Source: Mobula birostris
Taxonomy: Eukaryota
Reading direction: 5' to 3'
DNA length: 64,000 nucleotides
Assembly: GCF_030028105.1 (NCBI RefSeq)
Contig: NC_092391.1
Span: 27,501,223-27,565,222, forward strand
The translations under genes were made by a program, and so were the position numbers. Shown here in pieces: positions 1 to 11,568 of the stretch. Under the pieces are notes generated by a model. It was not told the origin of the DNA, did not search any database, and saw nothing but the letters and a program-made list of their open reading frames with translations. The first letter of the stretch is position 1; the number at the start of each line of letters is the position of its first letter.

Positions 1-65
1 AGTTTAGATGAGAAGATTAAGAAAGTCTTGCCATGAGAAGGTTTGGGGAGAGCACACCTTGAAAA

Positions 66-155
66 CTGATGAAGGGTCTCGGCCTGAAACGTCGACTGTT
101 TACTCTTTTCCATAGATGCTGCCCGATCTGCTGAGTTCCTTCAGCATCTTGTGAG
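66..155 (+). mobile_element. Short 3'-terminal fragment of Penelope-like element (PLE) beginning at a hammerhead core
   Basis: CTGATGA(66-72)-AGGGTCTCGGCCT-GAAACGTC(86-93)-GACTG followed by the PLE tail 'catagatgctgcc..ctgctgagttcct.cagca' that is also seen at 17254-17350. The 5' strand of stem I is missing. Confidence 0.8.
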
Positions 156-726
156 TGAGTATTACCTTGAAAACGCTGTAGATTTTGGCCTCCCAAGTCA
201 AGGAAGGATTTTTTTTTGCCTCAAAAGAGTGCAATGCAGGTTGACCAATTGAAAACAGAGGGCTGAGCAATGCGGAGCAATTGATGCGGTAACACTCCAC
301 TGAACGAACACTGCAGAATGTTCAGGGGATCTTTCTCTGCAACAAGTGAAAGGCAACACTAGAGACCATCATCCTTCATAATATGGACAGAATATAAAAC
401 ATGAGGAGTGCTGGAACAGGGAAGCAGATGATGTTTTTGTCTGAGCACAAGATGTGCTTCCTCTGTCTAGCAGACGCTTATTACCAACAAAGTACTGAGC
501 AAGTCACTAACTTAACCAGAGGTCTAAGTAGGAAGTGTGGCAACCAAGTTGTGCGCAGGCTCAACCTCCTTACTAACAAAAGCTGAAGGCAGACAACAGA
601 CACAAAAACTTGTGTTATCCTGCACTTTTTCCAAGGTCAGGACCCATTGAGCACATTGTAGTTGGGAGGAAGCTGAGGAGAAAATGGGGCAGACGGATAG
701 TTAACATTGGAAGAGAAGTTAGCCAG

Positions 727-1822
727 GACAGTGTGACACTCCCTCAGTACTGTCCCTCTGACAGTGTGACACTTCCTCAGTACTGTCCTCTGACAGTCTG
801 ACACTCCCTCGGTACTGTCCCTCTGACAGTCTGACACTCCCTCGGTACTGTCCCTCTGACAGTATGACACCCCCTCGGTACTGTCCCTCTGACAGTGCGA
901 CTCTCCCTCGGTACCGTCCCTCCGACAGTGCAACACCCCCTCGGTACTGTCCCTCTGGCAGTGCGACACTCCCTCGGTACCGTCCCTCTGATGGTGTGAC
1001 ACTCCCTCAGCACTGTCCCTCTGGCAGTGTGACACTCCCTCAGTACTTCCCCTCTGACAGTGTGACACTCCTTCAGTACTTCCCCTCTGACAGTGTGACA
1101 GTTCCTCAGTACTGTCCCTCCGACAGAGTGACACTCCCTCAGTACTGTCCCTCTGACAGTGTGACACTCCCTCAGTACTTCCCCTCTGACAGTGTGACAG
1201 TTCCTCAGTATTGTCCCTCTGACAGTGTGACACTCCCTCAGTACTGTCCCTCCGACAGTGTGACACTCCCTCAGTACAGTCCCTCTGACAGTGTGACACT
1301 CCCTCCGTACTGTCCCTCTGACAGTGTGACACTCCCTCAGTACTGTCCCTCTGACAGTGTGACACTCCCTCAGCACTGTCCCTCTGACAGTGCGACACTC
1401 CCTCAGTACTGTCCCTCTGACAGTGCGACACTCCCTCAGTACTGTCCCTCCGACAGTGCGACACTCCCTCAGTACTGTCCCTCTGACAGTGTGACACTCC
1501 CTCAGTACTTCCCCTCTGACAGTGTGACACTCCTTCAGTACTTCCCCTCTGACAGTGTGACAGTTCCTCAGTACTGTCCCTCCGACAGAGTGACACTCCC
1601 TCAGTACTGTCCCTCTGACAGTGTGACACTCCCTCAGTACTTCCCCTCTGACAGTGTGACACTCCCTCAGTACTGTCCCTCCGACAGTGTGACACTCCCT
1701 CAGTACAGTCCCTCTGACAGTGTGACACTCCCTCCGTACTGTCCCTCTGACAGTGTGACACTCCCTCAGTACTGTCCCTCTGACAGTGCGACACTCCCTA
1801 TGTACCATCCCTCTGACAGTGT
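727..1822 (+). repeat. 33-bp minisatellite array (~33 units), consensus CAGTACTGTCCCTCTGACAGTGTGACACTCCCT
   Basis: Direct tandem repeat. The 11-aa periodicity of ORFs 637..1794, 777..1853 and 864..1859 reflects the 33-bp period. Confidence 0.98.
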
Positions 1823-1922
1823 AGAGCTCTGTTGGTGCTTTGGAGAAGAACAATCATGATATGATATTTTGTTGGGTTGTGGAGTGAGCTAATTGAAAGT
1901 TAGGCTTTATACCTACACAGTA

Positions 1923-2050
1923 GAAGAGGGGTCTCAGCCTGAAATGTTGACTGTTTACTCTTTTCCACACATGCTGCCTGAGCTGTTGAGTTACTCCAGC
2001 ATTTTGTATGTGTTGGTTTGGATTTCTCGCACCTGCAGACTTTCTCATGT
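1923..2050 (+). mobile_element. PLE 3'-tail fragment with decayed hammerhead
   Basis: gaagaggggtctcagcctgaaatgttgactgt...atgctgcctgagctgttgagttactccagcattttg...cctgcagactttctc. Confidence 0.75.
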
Positions 2051-2271
2051 TTATTATAAACCTCTTCCTTGGATGCAATAGGATCTTTAATTTCTTCTGT
2101 CAGCCACTGATGAACTGTTTCTCTTTTTGAGCTTTGGTGGGTTCTTAACAGAATATATATTTTTCCACAATAGATGCATTGCTTATCCAAATATTTGCAG
2201 CTGTCTGTCCAGTGATGTAGCTTTTACAGTATTTTCCCAGACAACTACAGCCACAGCCAATGAGATACCTT

Positions 2272-2780
2272 CACAAACAGGAGAATTTCTGCAGATGCTG
2301 GAAATCCAAAGCATGAACACAAAATGCTGGAGGAACTCAGCAAGTCAGGCAGCGTCTGTGGAAAAGAGTAAACAGTCAACGTTTCAGGGCGAGACCTCGG
2401 GACTGAGAAGGAAGAGGGCAGACGCCAGAATAAAAAAGTGGGGGGAGGTAGCAAGGAGGATAGCTGGAAGGTGACGGGTGAAACCTGGTGAGTGGAAAAT
2501 GTCACAGATTGGACAGGATGAAATATGATAGGAGAGAGGAGTGGACCGCAGTAGAAAGGAACAGAGGAGGAGACCTCGGGGGAAGTAATCGGCTGCTGAC
2601 ACGAGGTAAAAGGTTAAAGTGGGGAATAGAAGAGGGGTAGAATTTGTTAACTGGCAAGAGAAATCGATATTCATGCCGTCAGGTTGGAAGCTATCCAGAT
2701 GGAATTTAAGATGTTGTTCCTCCACCCTGATGATGGCCTCATGGTGGCGCAAGAGGAGGCCATGAACCGACATGTTGGAG
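2272..2780 (-). mobile_element. PLE 3' fragment (GIY-YIG C-terminus, 3'UTR and decayed hammerhead)
   Basis: ORF 2384..2773 begins MSVHGLLLRHHEAIIRVEEQHLKFHLDSFQPDGMNIDFS, homologous to the GIY-YIG end at 16830-16959. Confidence 0.88.
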
Positions 2781-2931
2781 GTTTACAAACTTGTCAGAAA
2801 CAGAAACTGTGTCATTGGGTCTTAGAATTATACAGAACATACTTGGGGCCTTTTTGAATTGTCCAGAGGACTGGGAGGACTTTAGAACTCAGCAAAGGAT
2901 GACCAAGGTATCGATAGAGGCAACATTGAAT

Positions 2932-3063
2932 CCTGCCGATGGGCGTCAGCCCGAAACGTCGACAGTTCTTTTCTCCATAGAAGCTGCCTGACCTGCTGAG
3001 TTTCTCCACCATTTTGTGTGTGTTGCTCGGGTTTCCAGCTTCAGCAGATTTTCTCTTGTTTGT
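2932..3063 (+). mobile_element. PLE 3'-tail fragment inserted in CR1 remnant
   Basis: ccgatgggcgtcagcccGAAACGTCGACagt...gctgcctgacctgctgagtttctccacca...cagcagattttctc. Confidence 0.75.
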
Positions 3064-3371
3064 GATTGAATATAAGAGTAGCCTGACAAAAATATACAAA
3101 AACAGCCTTCTGTAAATACTGGCAAGAACAAAAGTGGAGTGCTTCTGGGCAGAAGTGTGAGAACATATACTGTAACAGGAAGCAAGGAAAGGACGAGAGG
3201 AATTAAACAACTATATTGTTTCTGTCTTTATGGCAGAAAAGTCAATAAAATGACCAAAAGTACCAGAGAACCTCAGGTATGAGGAATTGAAGAAAACAAG
3301 TATTGACTTCAAAAGTGTGCCAGAGAAATTAGTGAAATTGAAAATAAATCCAAAGGAGTTGATAATCTATT

Positions 3372-4130
3372 CAGTGGCTATTTTATTAGCTACCTCTCAC
3401 ACCTAATAGATTAGATTAGACTAGATTCAACTTTATTGTCATTGTGCCGAGTACAGATACAAAGCCAATGAAATACAATTAGCATCTGACCAGAAGTGCA
3501 AAAGAATAGTATTATTTACAAAATAACTGCGAATAAAAAGTAAGTGCTACAGCATACAAATATAGAAGTACTGAGACAGTTCAATCTGGGTGCAATAATG
3601 CTTGGCGCTGTGATGTGATGTTCAGCGGAGTCACAGCCTCAGGGAAGAAGGTGGACACTCAGTGTATGTCCGTGGTCTTCTGCTGCTGTAGCCCGTCCAC
3701 TTCAACGTTTGAAGTGCTGTGCATTCAGAGATGTTCTCCTGCACACTATTATAATGTGTGGCTATTTGAGTTACTGTCATCTTAATTCATTCTGGCCATT
3801 CTCCTCTGACCTTTCTCATTAATAAGGCATTTTTGTCCACAGAATTGCCTCTCACTGGAATTTTTTTTGCTTTTTACACCATTCTCTGTGAACTCTAGAG
3901 ACTGTTGTGCATGAAAATCCCAGTAGGCCAGCAGTTTCTGAGATACTCAAACCACCCTCTCTGGCGCCAACAATCATGCCATGGTCAAAGTCATTTAGAG
4001 CACATTTGTTCCCCATTCTGATGCTTGGTCGGAACAACAATTGAACCTCTTGACCATGTCTGCATGCTTTTACGCATTGAGTTGCTGCCACATGTTTGGA
4101 TGATTAGATACTTGCATTAACAAGCAGGTG
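3372..4130 (-). mobile_element. Internally deleted Tc1/mariner transposon (transposase N-terminal HTH remnant), interrupted at ~3409-3650 by a LINE 3' tail
   Basis: ORF 3852..4091 contains MGNKCALNDFDHGMIVGAREGGLSISETAGLLGFSCTTVSRVHREW, typical of a Tc1 paired-like HTH. TIR-like cagtggctattttattag at ~3372. A homologous copy lies at 41960-42802. Confidence 0.85.
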
Positions 4131-4134
4131 AATC

Positions 4135-4375
4135 AGTATCAGAATTGGGTTTGAAATCACTGACATATGCCATGAAATTTGTTGCTTTGCGGCAGCAGTA
4201 TATTGCAATGCATAATAATGAAAACGATACATTACAATAAGTATATGTTAAAAAGAAAATTAAATTTAAAACATAGTGCAAAAAGAGAGGGGGAAAATAC
4301 TGAGGTAGTGTTCATGGGTTCGTTGTCCATTCAGAAATCTGATGATGGAGGGGAAGAATATGTTCCTGAAACATC
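4135..4375 (-). mobile_element. Rex1/Babar LINE 3' end
   Basis: (ATCAGA)n-type tail plus 'gtgttcatgggttcgttgtccattcagaaatctgatg', the reverse of the SAIRFLNGQ* terminus seen at 30110-30140. Confidence 0.75.
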
Positions 4376-4399
4376 CTGTAAGGTGCAAGTTTACCTAAT

Positions 4400-5100
4400 G
4401 GCTGTTTAGTGAAGAAGTAGCTTTCGAGAGGCCGAAAAACTTGGTTATCATCTTCCAAGGTCTGGCAAATTCTGGAATTGGTTTTGTGAACTGGAGAACA
4501 GCCAATGTTATTTAACAATTTAAGAGAGAAAGAGAGAACTGTTGACCTGCTGTTAGTCTAATGTTGGCAGTAGGGAAAACACTGAAATCAATAAAGAATG
4601 TAAGAGAAGAACATATTGAAAGAATAGCAGTATTGACCACAGTCAACATGTATATATGAAAGGAAAATTACATTTGACTAATCTACCAGAGTTCTTTGAG
4701 GATCTGGGGATGGATAAGGGGGACCCAGAAGATGTGGTATATTTATATTTTCAAAAGGTTCACACAGGAGGTTAGAGCACACAGCATAGGGAGTGATATG
4801 CTGACATAGAATGGAAATTGGTTATCAGATATGAATCAGAGAGTGAGAATGAGCAGATCTCAAGCTGAAGGCTGTGACTTGTGGGGTGCTTGCAGGAATC
4901 TGTGCTTGGGCCCCAGGTATTCACAATCCATATCAGGGAGCTGGTTGAGGGAATCAATTTCTGAGTTAGCTGATGGCACTAAATCAGAAAGGATTGAGAG
5001 CGTAAAGGTGGGCTGTTGAGGTCTGAGAGGGGAAGAAATTGGTGAACTTTTGGAATTCATTGTTATGGATGTTCGGAGACTCCGTCATTGAATTCGCTCA
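4400..5100 (+). mobile_element. Degraded CR1 LINE RT fragments
   Basis: Remnants of LTNL.EFFE, DVVYLxFQK and G.xQESVLGP motifs with stops and deletions. Confidence 0.7.
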
Positions 5101-5109
5101 ATACAGAGC

Positions 5110-5891
5110 TCAAGAGATGGAAGAGCTGATTGTGGGCTTCAGGAAGGGTAAGATGAAGGAACACACACCAATCCTCACAGGGGGATCAGAAGTGGAGAGA
5201 GTGAGCAGTTTCAAGTTGCTGGGTGCCAAGATATCTGAGGACCTAACCTGGTCCCAACATATCGATGCAACTATAATGAAAGCAAGACAGCGGCTATAAT
5301 GCATTAGGAGTTTGAAGAGATTTGGTATGTCAACAAATACTCTCTATAGCTTCTATAGATGTACCGTGGACGGCATTCTGACAGGCTGTGTCATTGTCTG
5401 GTATGGAGGGGCTACTGCACAGGACCAAAAGAAACTGCAGAAGGTTGTAAATTTAGTCCGCTCCATCTTGGGTACTAGCCTACAAAGTACCCAGGATATC
5501 TTCAAGGAGCAGTGTTTCAGAAAGACAGCGTCCATTATTAAGGACCTCCAGCACCCAGAGCATGCCCTTTTCTCACTGTTACCATCAGGTAGGAGGTACA
5601 GAAGCCTGAAGGCACACACTCAGTGATTCAGAAACACCTTCTGCCTCTGCCATCTGATTCCTAAATGGACATCGGACCCGTGAACACTACCTCTTTCTTT
5701 AAAATATACAATTATTTCTGTTTTTGACATGATTTTAATCTATTCAATATACACACACTGTAAATCTATTTATTGATTTATTATTATTATTTTCTTCTTC
5801 CCTCTATATCATGTATTGTATTGAACCACTGCTGCTCAGTTAACAAATTTCATATCACATGTCGGTGATAATAAACCTGATTCTGATTCTG
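5110..5891 (+). mobile_element. Rex1/Babar LINE, 5'-truncated (RT C-terminus, 3'UTR and CTGATT tail)
   Basis: EELIVGFRK..VSSFKLLG..ISEDLTWSQHID..KARQRL / FGMSTNTLYSFYRCTVDGILTGCVIVWYG..HPEHALFSLLPSGRRYRSLK; ends aataaacctgattctgattctga. Confidence 0.92.
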
Positions 5892-7364
5892 AGAGTCTGG
5901 GATATTAAGGGACTCAGGGATGTGAGGTTAGTGCAAGAAGGGAACCGAGATGTCAGAGCACCCATGATTTAATGAATCTGAGCAGGTCCAATCTCCTGCT
6001 GCTCCTGATTCGAATGTTTTGCTCTTCCGATGGTGCAACCCTGAGCTGGGGGCATTTAGCTTTTTGACATGACGTCGCAGGAGGGGGCCTAGAATGTAGA
6101 ACCTCCTCACTCGTAGGCGAGTGCTGCGGTAAAGTCACCAAATTCTGCTCGCACAGGCAGTCTGTACTTGTATCTTCGTTCAGATCTGACCAGGTGCTCA
6201 TGGTTATTCGAGCAACGGTTGGCCCCTTCCTCTTGAACACTTCCGAGTCATAGGTGACCTCGGACAGCGCTGGAGGACTGCCACCACCTGTCCTCTAAAT
6301 CTCCTCCAAACTGGTCTTCGAGGTAGGTGAACCATTGCCGGCATCCTGTCCCAGCCGACGTTACCAACGTCAAGCCTGTGATCAAACGCTTGGGCTGAGT
6401 GAGCAACCTCAATCACACCAGACTCCTGAAGCAAGCACCCTACTCCAAGAGAGTGACGAAAATGGTCCGAGGGACTTCCCAATGCTCCTTGAGAAGGTGC
6501 TCGCTAGTTTATGGGGATCCCTGGCCTGCGACTTCTCAAGATGGCGAAGGAGCTTTTGGGAAGACACAGAGCCCTCCAAGTCTCAGTGGAGGCCTTGTAC
6601 ACATTGAAGGGATGGACAACACCATAACCCACACATCTCACCACCACCAGGTGATCCACTGCCTCAATGGTGGAACCTGTACAGAGCCCAGAGCATCACA
6701 GGAGCAGCGAGGAAGAGAGTCATTCTCAATTAATGAGAGACTGCCTGAGAAGAAGATGAAGAAACTTCTTCCACAGTGTTTCCCTCTTGAAATTCAGTTC
6801 AACACTTGGAGGCTGTTTGAAGAGCAGGTTCATTGAAGATCAAAGTCTCCTTCTCAAATGATGTGGACAAGGTCTCCTCCTCACCAACAGTCCTGGCATC
6901 CTGAATGCACCTCCCAGGATCACTTTGATCAGCCTGGGAAGTGCTCATTAAGGAACCTGCTTCCCTCTCTTCAGTAATCCAAACCGGTAGTGACGAGGAG
7001 GTCTCCTAATTGAAGAAGAAACAGCATGTATGTGGGGACAAGCAGAGTGGATCACTCCTTCTTCCAAACCTCGAGTCCCTCTGCTTTTGGAACGTTGCCC
7101 TTGTCAGGTTTCCCATCACAGGACGGGAGAGGAAAGACATTTAGAGTCTGGCTTAATATGTGGGCCCAGATTGTATGAAATTCCACAGTAAACAGGCAGG
7201 CAGCAGGAAACTACAGCTAATGAGCAATCGGCTGCGCAACCTGTCAGCAATCACCCAGAGGCCCCGCTCGGCTTTAATGAGCAACTTCGAATTTGTCAAC
7301 ACGGATTCTTCTTGACTTGACAGAATTCACTCCGCTACTGAGGAGAGCCAACTATCACTTGGAA

Positions 7365-8032
7365 CACACTGACCCTCACTGGAGATGGGTCACACACACA
7401 CTGACCCTCACTGGGGGACGGGTCCCACACACACTGACCCTCACTGGGGACAGGTCCCACACACACACTGACCCTCACTGGGGGACGGGTCCCACACACA
7501 CTGACCCTCACTAGGGACGGGTCCCACACACACACTGACCCTCACTGGGAGACAGGCCCCACACACACTGACCCTCACTGGGGGAACAGGTCACACACAC
7601 ACTGACCCTCACTGGGGGGACGGGTCCCACATACACTGACCCTCACTGGGGGACGGATCCCACATACACTGACCCTCACTGGGGATGGGTCCCACACACA
7701 CTGACCCTCACTGGGGGACAGATCCCACACACACTGACCCTCACTGGGGACGGGTCCCACACACACTGACCCTCACTGGGGGGACGAGTCCCACACACAC
7801 TGACCCTCACTGGGAGACGAGTCCCACACACACTGACCCTCACTGGCTGATCGGTCCCACACACACACTGACCCTCACTGGAGGACGGGTCCCACACACA
7901 CACTGACCCTCACTGGGGGACGGTTCCCAAACACACTGACCCTCACTGGGGGCTGGGTCCCCCACACACTGACCCTCACTGGACGATAGGTTGCACGCAC
8001 ACTGATCCCGACTGGGGACAGGTCTCACACAC
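7365..8032 (+). repeat. ~30-32-bp minisatellite (~21 units), consensus CACACTGACCCTCACTGGGGGACGGGTCCCA
   Basis: Direct tandem repeat. Unit length varies with the (CA)n and G-run lengths. Confidence 0.97.
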
Positions 8033-8039
8033 GCTGATT

Positions 8040-8145
8040 GGAGAGTCTGGATTATGCAATTAAACTACTGGAACGTATCTGAATGCTGAACTCCTGACAC
8101 AGAGGTGAGAGTCCTGCCCCGGGTGCGGTCTCTGAGAGCTGAGCC
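8040..8145 (-). mobile_element. Decayed head of a Deu-type (SacSINE1/AmnSINE1-like) SINE
   Basis: ctggattatgc..ctggaac..tgaa..ctcctgacacagaggtgagagtcctgccc..ctgagcc resembles the reverse complement of the SacSINE1 5' region as I recall it; needs a library check. Confidence 0.45.
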
Positions 8146-8742
8146 CTCATTCCCATTCATCTCATGGTTTTTGCTGGGAAGTGAACAGCCAAACACAGGA
8201 TCGGTAAAAGTGGAGAACTGGGCTTAGTGAGACTGGTTGTACCTTGTGTCTGAGTGAAGGATTTCTGTCTGAGTAAACGCGTGTAAAGTACACAAGGGGT
8301 GGACGACAGTCCGTGTCGGATCAAATCAGAAGGAAAAGGCATCGGATCGGGAGTGAGTGGAATGTTATCCAGACCAAGGTGCGTGACCCACAGCACAATC
8401 TGTCACTCTGAATGGGTGTCAGTGTTTGTCTGTGGAGGTGACGGTGGGTTCAGAGGCAGGATGATTAAATATTGATCAGTGAAGTTGTTGAAGGAGACTC
8501 ATTTTATTGATATACCAAATCACTGCCAGCAGTGGTTTTGTCACCTACAATCTATGTAAGCCCTCAGTGCTGGATACATAATCAGGCTGCTGATCCCCAG
8601 CTGTCAGGAACTCCTGTGCTCTTGGTGCGTCCGTGTACATGTATGTGTTAGACACGAGAGATTACGGACCTTCTCCATGTGCTTCGGTTGTCCTGGACCG
8701 AGTGAGGCAAGGTCTGAAATTACCCTCGGCCTAGGTGGAGTG

Positions 8743-9048
8743 TTGGCATGTGGCCAAGTGGTTAAGGCGTCTGTCTGGTGATCTGAAGGTCGCTAGTTCG
8801 AGCCTTGGCTGAGGCAGTGTGTTGTGTCCTTGAGCACGGCAACTTAACCACACATTGCTCTGCGACGACACCAGTGCCAAGCTGTACCGGCCCTAGTGCC
8901 CTTCCCCTGGACAACATCGGTGGCATAGAGAGGGGAGACTTGCAGCATGGGCAACTGCCGGTCTTCCATACAACCTTGCCCAGGCCTGCACCCTGGAAAC
9001 CTTCCAAGGCGCAAATCCATGGTCTCACGAGACGAACGGATGCCTGTA
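8743..9048 (+). mobile_element. tRNA-derived SINE with CORE-like segment and RTE-like tail
   Basis: A box TGGCCAAGTGG (8751-8761), B box AGTTCGAGCC (8795-8804), gtgtccttgagcacggcaacttaacc, TSD aggtggagtg (8733-42) / aggtagagtg (9049-58). Confidence 0.85.
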
Positions 9049-9579
9049 AGGTAGAGTGACTATTCACAGCCCAGGCAGCAACCTCATAGAGGGGGAGGTT
9101 CCATGGGTCTCAAAGGGTGGGTCGTTCCTCTGTGGCTCAGCCCTGGGTGTCCCCGTTTAGGGAACATTCAGTGACTCCTGGCTTGTTCTAGATGGGTACA
9201 TGTCACAGCTGCCAGACGCAAGCACAATATTTTCAATTTAAGTTTATCTTCCTCTTTATTGGTTTTGGTTTATTATTGTCACATGTACCAAGATACAGGG
9301 AAAAGCCTGTTTTGCATACCGTTCATACAAATCAAATCATTGAGCTGGAAGAAGGTAAAACAATAACAATGCAGAATAAAGTGTAAAAGCTCTCAAACAA
9401 TTCTGTGCAGGTAAACAATAAAGTACAAGATTATAATGAGGTAGACTAGAATCCATTTTTATCGCAGAAGACTCCGTTCAAACGTCTGAGAACAATGGGG
9501 TAGATTCTGTCCTTGAGCCTGGTAGTACGTGTCTTCTGCCTGATGGGAGCGAGGAGAGGGGTGGGCGTGTTGGTTTACA

Positions 9580-9798
9580 GCTGGTGTATCTCACAAGTCC
9601 TGGTGATGTGACCACTGATGCCAGGCAATCTCTGAGAGGATTGATCATGGCTGGGGTCACCCGTCTTGTAAAGACACTGCCCAGAAGAAGACAATGGCAA
9701 AATATCTACAGAAGAGTTCACCAAGAGCGATTATGGTCATGGATTATGATCGGCCACGCCATACGACACAGCACGTAACGACAATGATGATGATGATC
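9580..9798 (+). mobile_element. Retroposon 3' fragment ending in (GAT)n, RTE-related
   Basis: gaagaagacaatggcaaa...atggtcatgg...acgacacagcacgtaacgacaatgatgatgatgat. Confidence 0.55.
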
Positions 9799-10039
9799 CT
9801 TGAGTGGGGCAGTGAGAGGTGCAGACTGCGGAACTAAAATCATTTAAAAACAAAAAGGACAAAAGGATACTGACATAAACCTGGCTTAGTGACGGTCCTG
9901 AGGAGCTGAGCCGAGAATCTCGACTGGGTGTAGAACTGAGTGAATATTGCACCGTCAAAGGGGCACAGCTTCTGTGACTGAGACGACTTGCGGCAACCAC
10001 CCAAAGGCAACGTGACTCCTCTGGAAAACTTTCCAAATC

Positions 10040-10385
10040 AATCGGAAGGAAGTAGTCGGACCCAAGCTTGACAGTAGCCTCCTGAGACACACCATTCCAA
10101 TTTCGTTCCAGGGAGTGAGGAAGATATGCAAGGATGTTCTTGAAGCTTGCTGGTAGAAATGCAAACATCCCCGAGGATTCCTGGGAATCTCTGGCTAGCG
10201 ACTGCTGAAAGTTGGGAAGTACCACCCAGGATGTCCGTGTACTGGGACACACAGTGACCAGCCCAAGTGGTTGGATGGGATGTATCTCCTTCCAGACCAT
10301 TCACCCATTCGGCACCTCGGGCCACAGCTACATACACAGCCCCAGAACCCACAAATCAAAGTGGAAAAATATTCTCCTCCAGCTG
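10040..10385 (+). mobile_element. RTE-clade LINE 3' remnant
   Basis: Decayed RKICKDVLEA..NIPEDSWESLASDC*K and HSPRTHKSKWKNILL match RTE C-termini. Confidence 0.65.
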
Positions 10386-10389
10386 GGGG

Positions 10390-11568
10390 GCAGTGCTGAG
10401 AGAGTGCTGCACTGTTAGAGGGACAGTACTGAGGGAGTATCACACTGTCCGAGGGACAGTACTGAAGGAGTGTCACACTGTCAGAGGGACAGTACTGAGG
10501 GAGTGTCACACTGTCCGAGGGACAGTACTGAGGGAGTGTCACACTGTCCAAGGGACAGTACTGAGGGAGTGTCACACTGTCAGAGAGACAGTACTGAGGG
10601 AGTGTCACACTGTCAGAGGGACGGTACTGAGGGAGTGTCACACTGTCTGAGGGACAGTACTGAGGGAGTGTCACACTGTCAGAGGGACGGTACTGAGGGA
10701 GTGTCACACTGTCAGAGGGTCAGTACTGAGGGAGTGTCACACTGTCGGAGGGGCAGTACTGAGGGAGCGTCACACTGTCGGAGGGACAGTACTGAGGGAG
10801 TGTCACACTGTCAGAGGGACAGTACTGATGGGGTGTCACACTGCTGGAGGGACGGTACTGAGAGAGCGTCACACTGTCAGAGCATCAGTACTGAGGGAGT
10901 GTCACACTGTCAGAAGGACAGTACTGAGGAAGTGTCACACCGTCAGAGGGACAGTACTGAGGGAGTGTCACACTGTCAGAGGGACAGTACTGAGGGAGTG
11001 TCACACTGTCAGAGGGACAGTACTGAGGGAGTGTCAGACTGTTAGAGGGACAGTACTGAGGGAGTGTCACAGTGTCAGAGGGACAGTACTGAGGGAGCGT
11101 CACACTATCAGAGGGGCAGTACTGAGGGAGTGTCACAGTGTCAGAGGGACAGTACTGAGGGAGCGTCACACTATCAGAGGGGCAGTACTGAGGGAGTTTC
11201 ACACTGCCAGAGGGACAGTACTGAGGGAGTGTCACAGTGTCAGAGGGACAGTACTGAGGGAGCGTCACACTATCAGAGGGGCAGTACTGAGGGAGTGTCA
11301 CAGTGTCAGAGGGACAGTACTGAGGGAGCGTCACACTATCAGAGGGGCAGTACTGAGGGAGTTTCACACTGTCAGAGGGACAGTACTGAGGGAGTGTCAC
11401 ACTGTCAGAGGGGCAGTACTGTGGGAGCGTCACACTGTCAGAGGGGCAGTACTGAGGGAATGCCACACAGTCAGAGGGCAGAAATGAGGGAGTGTTGCAC
11501 TGTTGGAGGGACAGTACTGAAGCAGGGTTACAGTTTAAGAGGGACAATACTGAGGGATTGCTGCACTG
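10390..11568 (-). repeat. 33-bp minisatellite array (~35 units), same family as 727-1822 but opposite orientation
   Basis: Tandem AGGGAGTGTCACACTGTCAGAGGGACAGTACTG; the edge units read GAGTGCTGCACTG. Confidence 0.98.

Noticed and set aside
727-1822. CRISPR-like appearance of the 33-bp and ~30-bp arrays
   Set aside because: Units are contiguous with no unique spacers, there are no cas genes, and the context is vertebrate.
637-1859. Long Cys/Ser/Thr-rich ORFs (385, 358, 331 aa) and equivalents at 10195-11601
   Set aside because: Translations of a 33-bp tandem repeat, open in several frames on both strands. No unique domain, start context or splice support.
5312-5626. ORFs resembling the ALKBH8 N-terminal/DUF1891 domain (also 22938, 29770, 58732)
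   Set aside because: This is the C-terminal part of Rex1/Babar LINE RT, multi-copy and disrupted, not a host gene.
8280-8385. Possible exon ending at AAG|GTGCGT
   Set aside because: No clear acceptor, upstream stops, and no recognisable peptide in any frame.
8751-8810. Possible tRNA gene (A and B boxes), also 61101-61160
   Set aside because: No convincing cloverleaf or acceptor stem. It continues into a SINE body and tail and is TSD-flanked.
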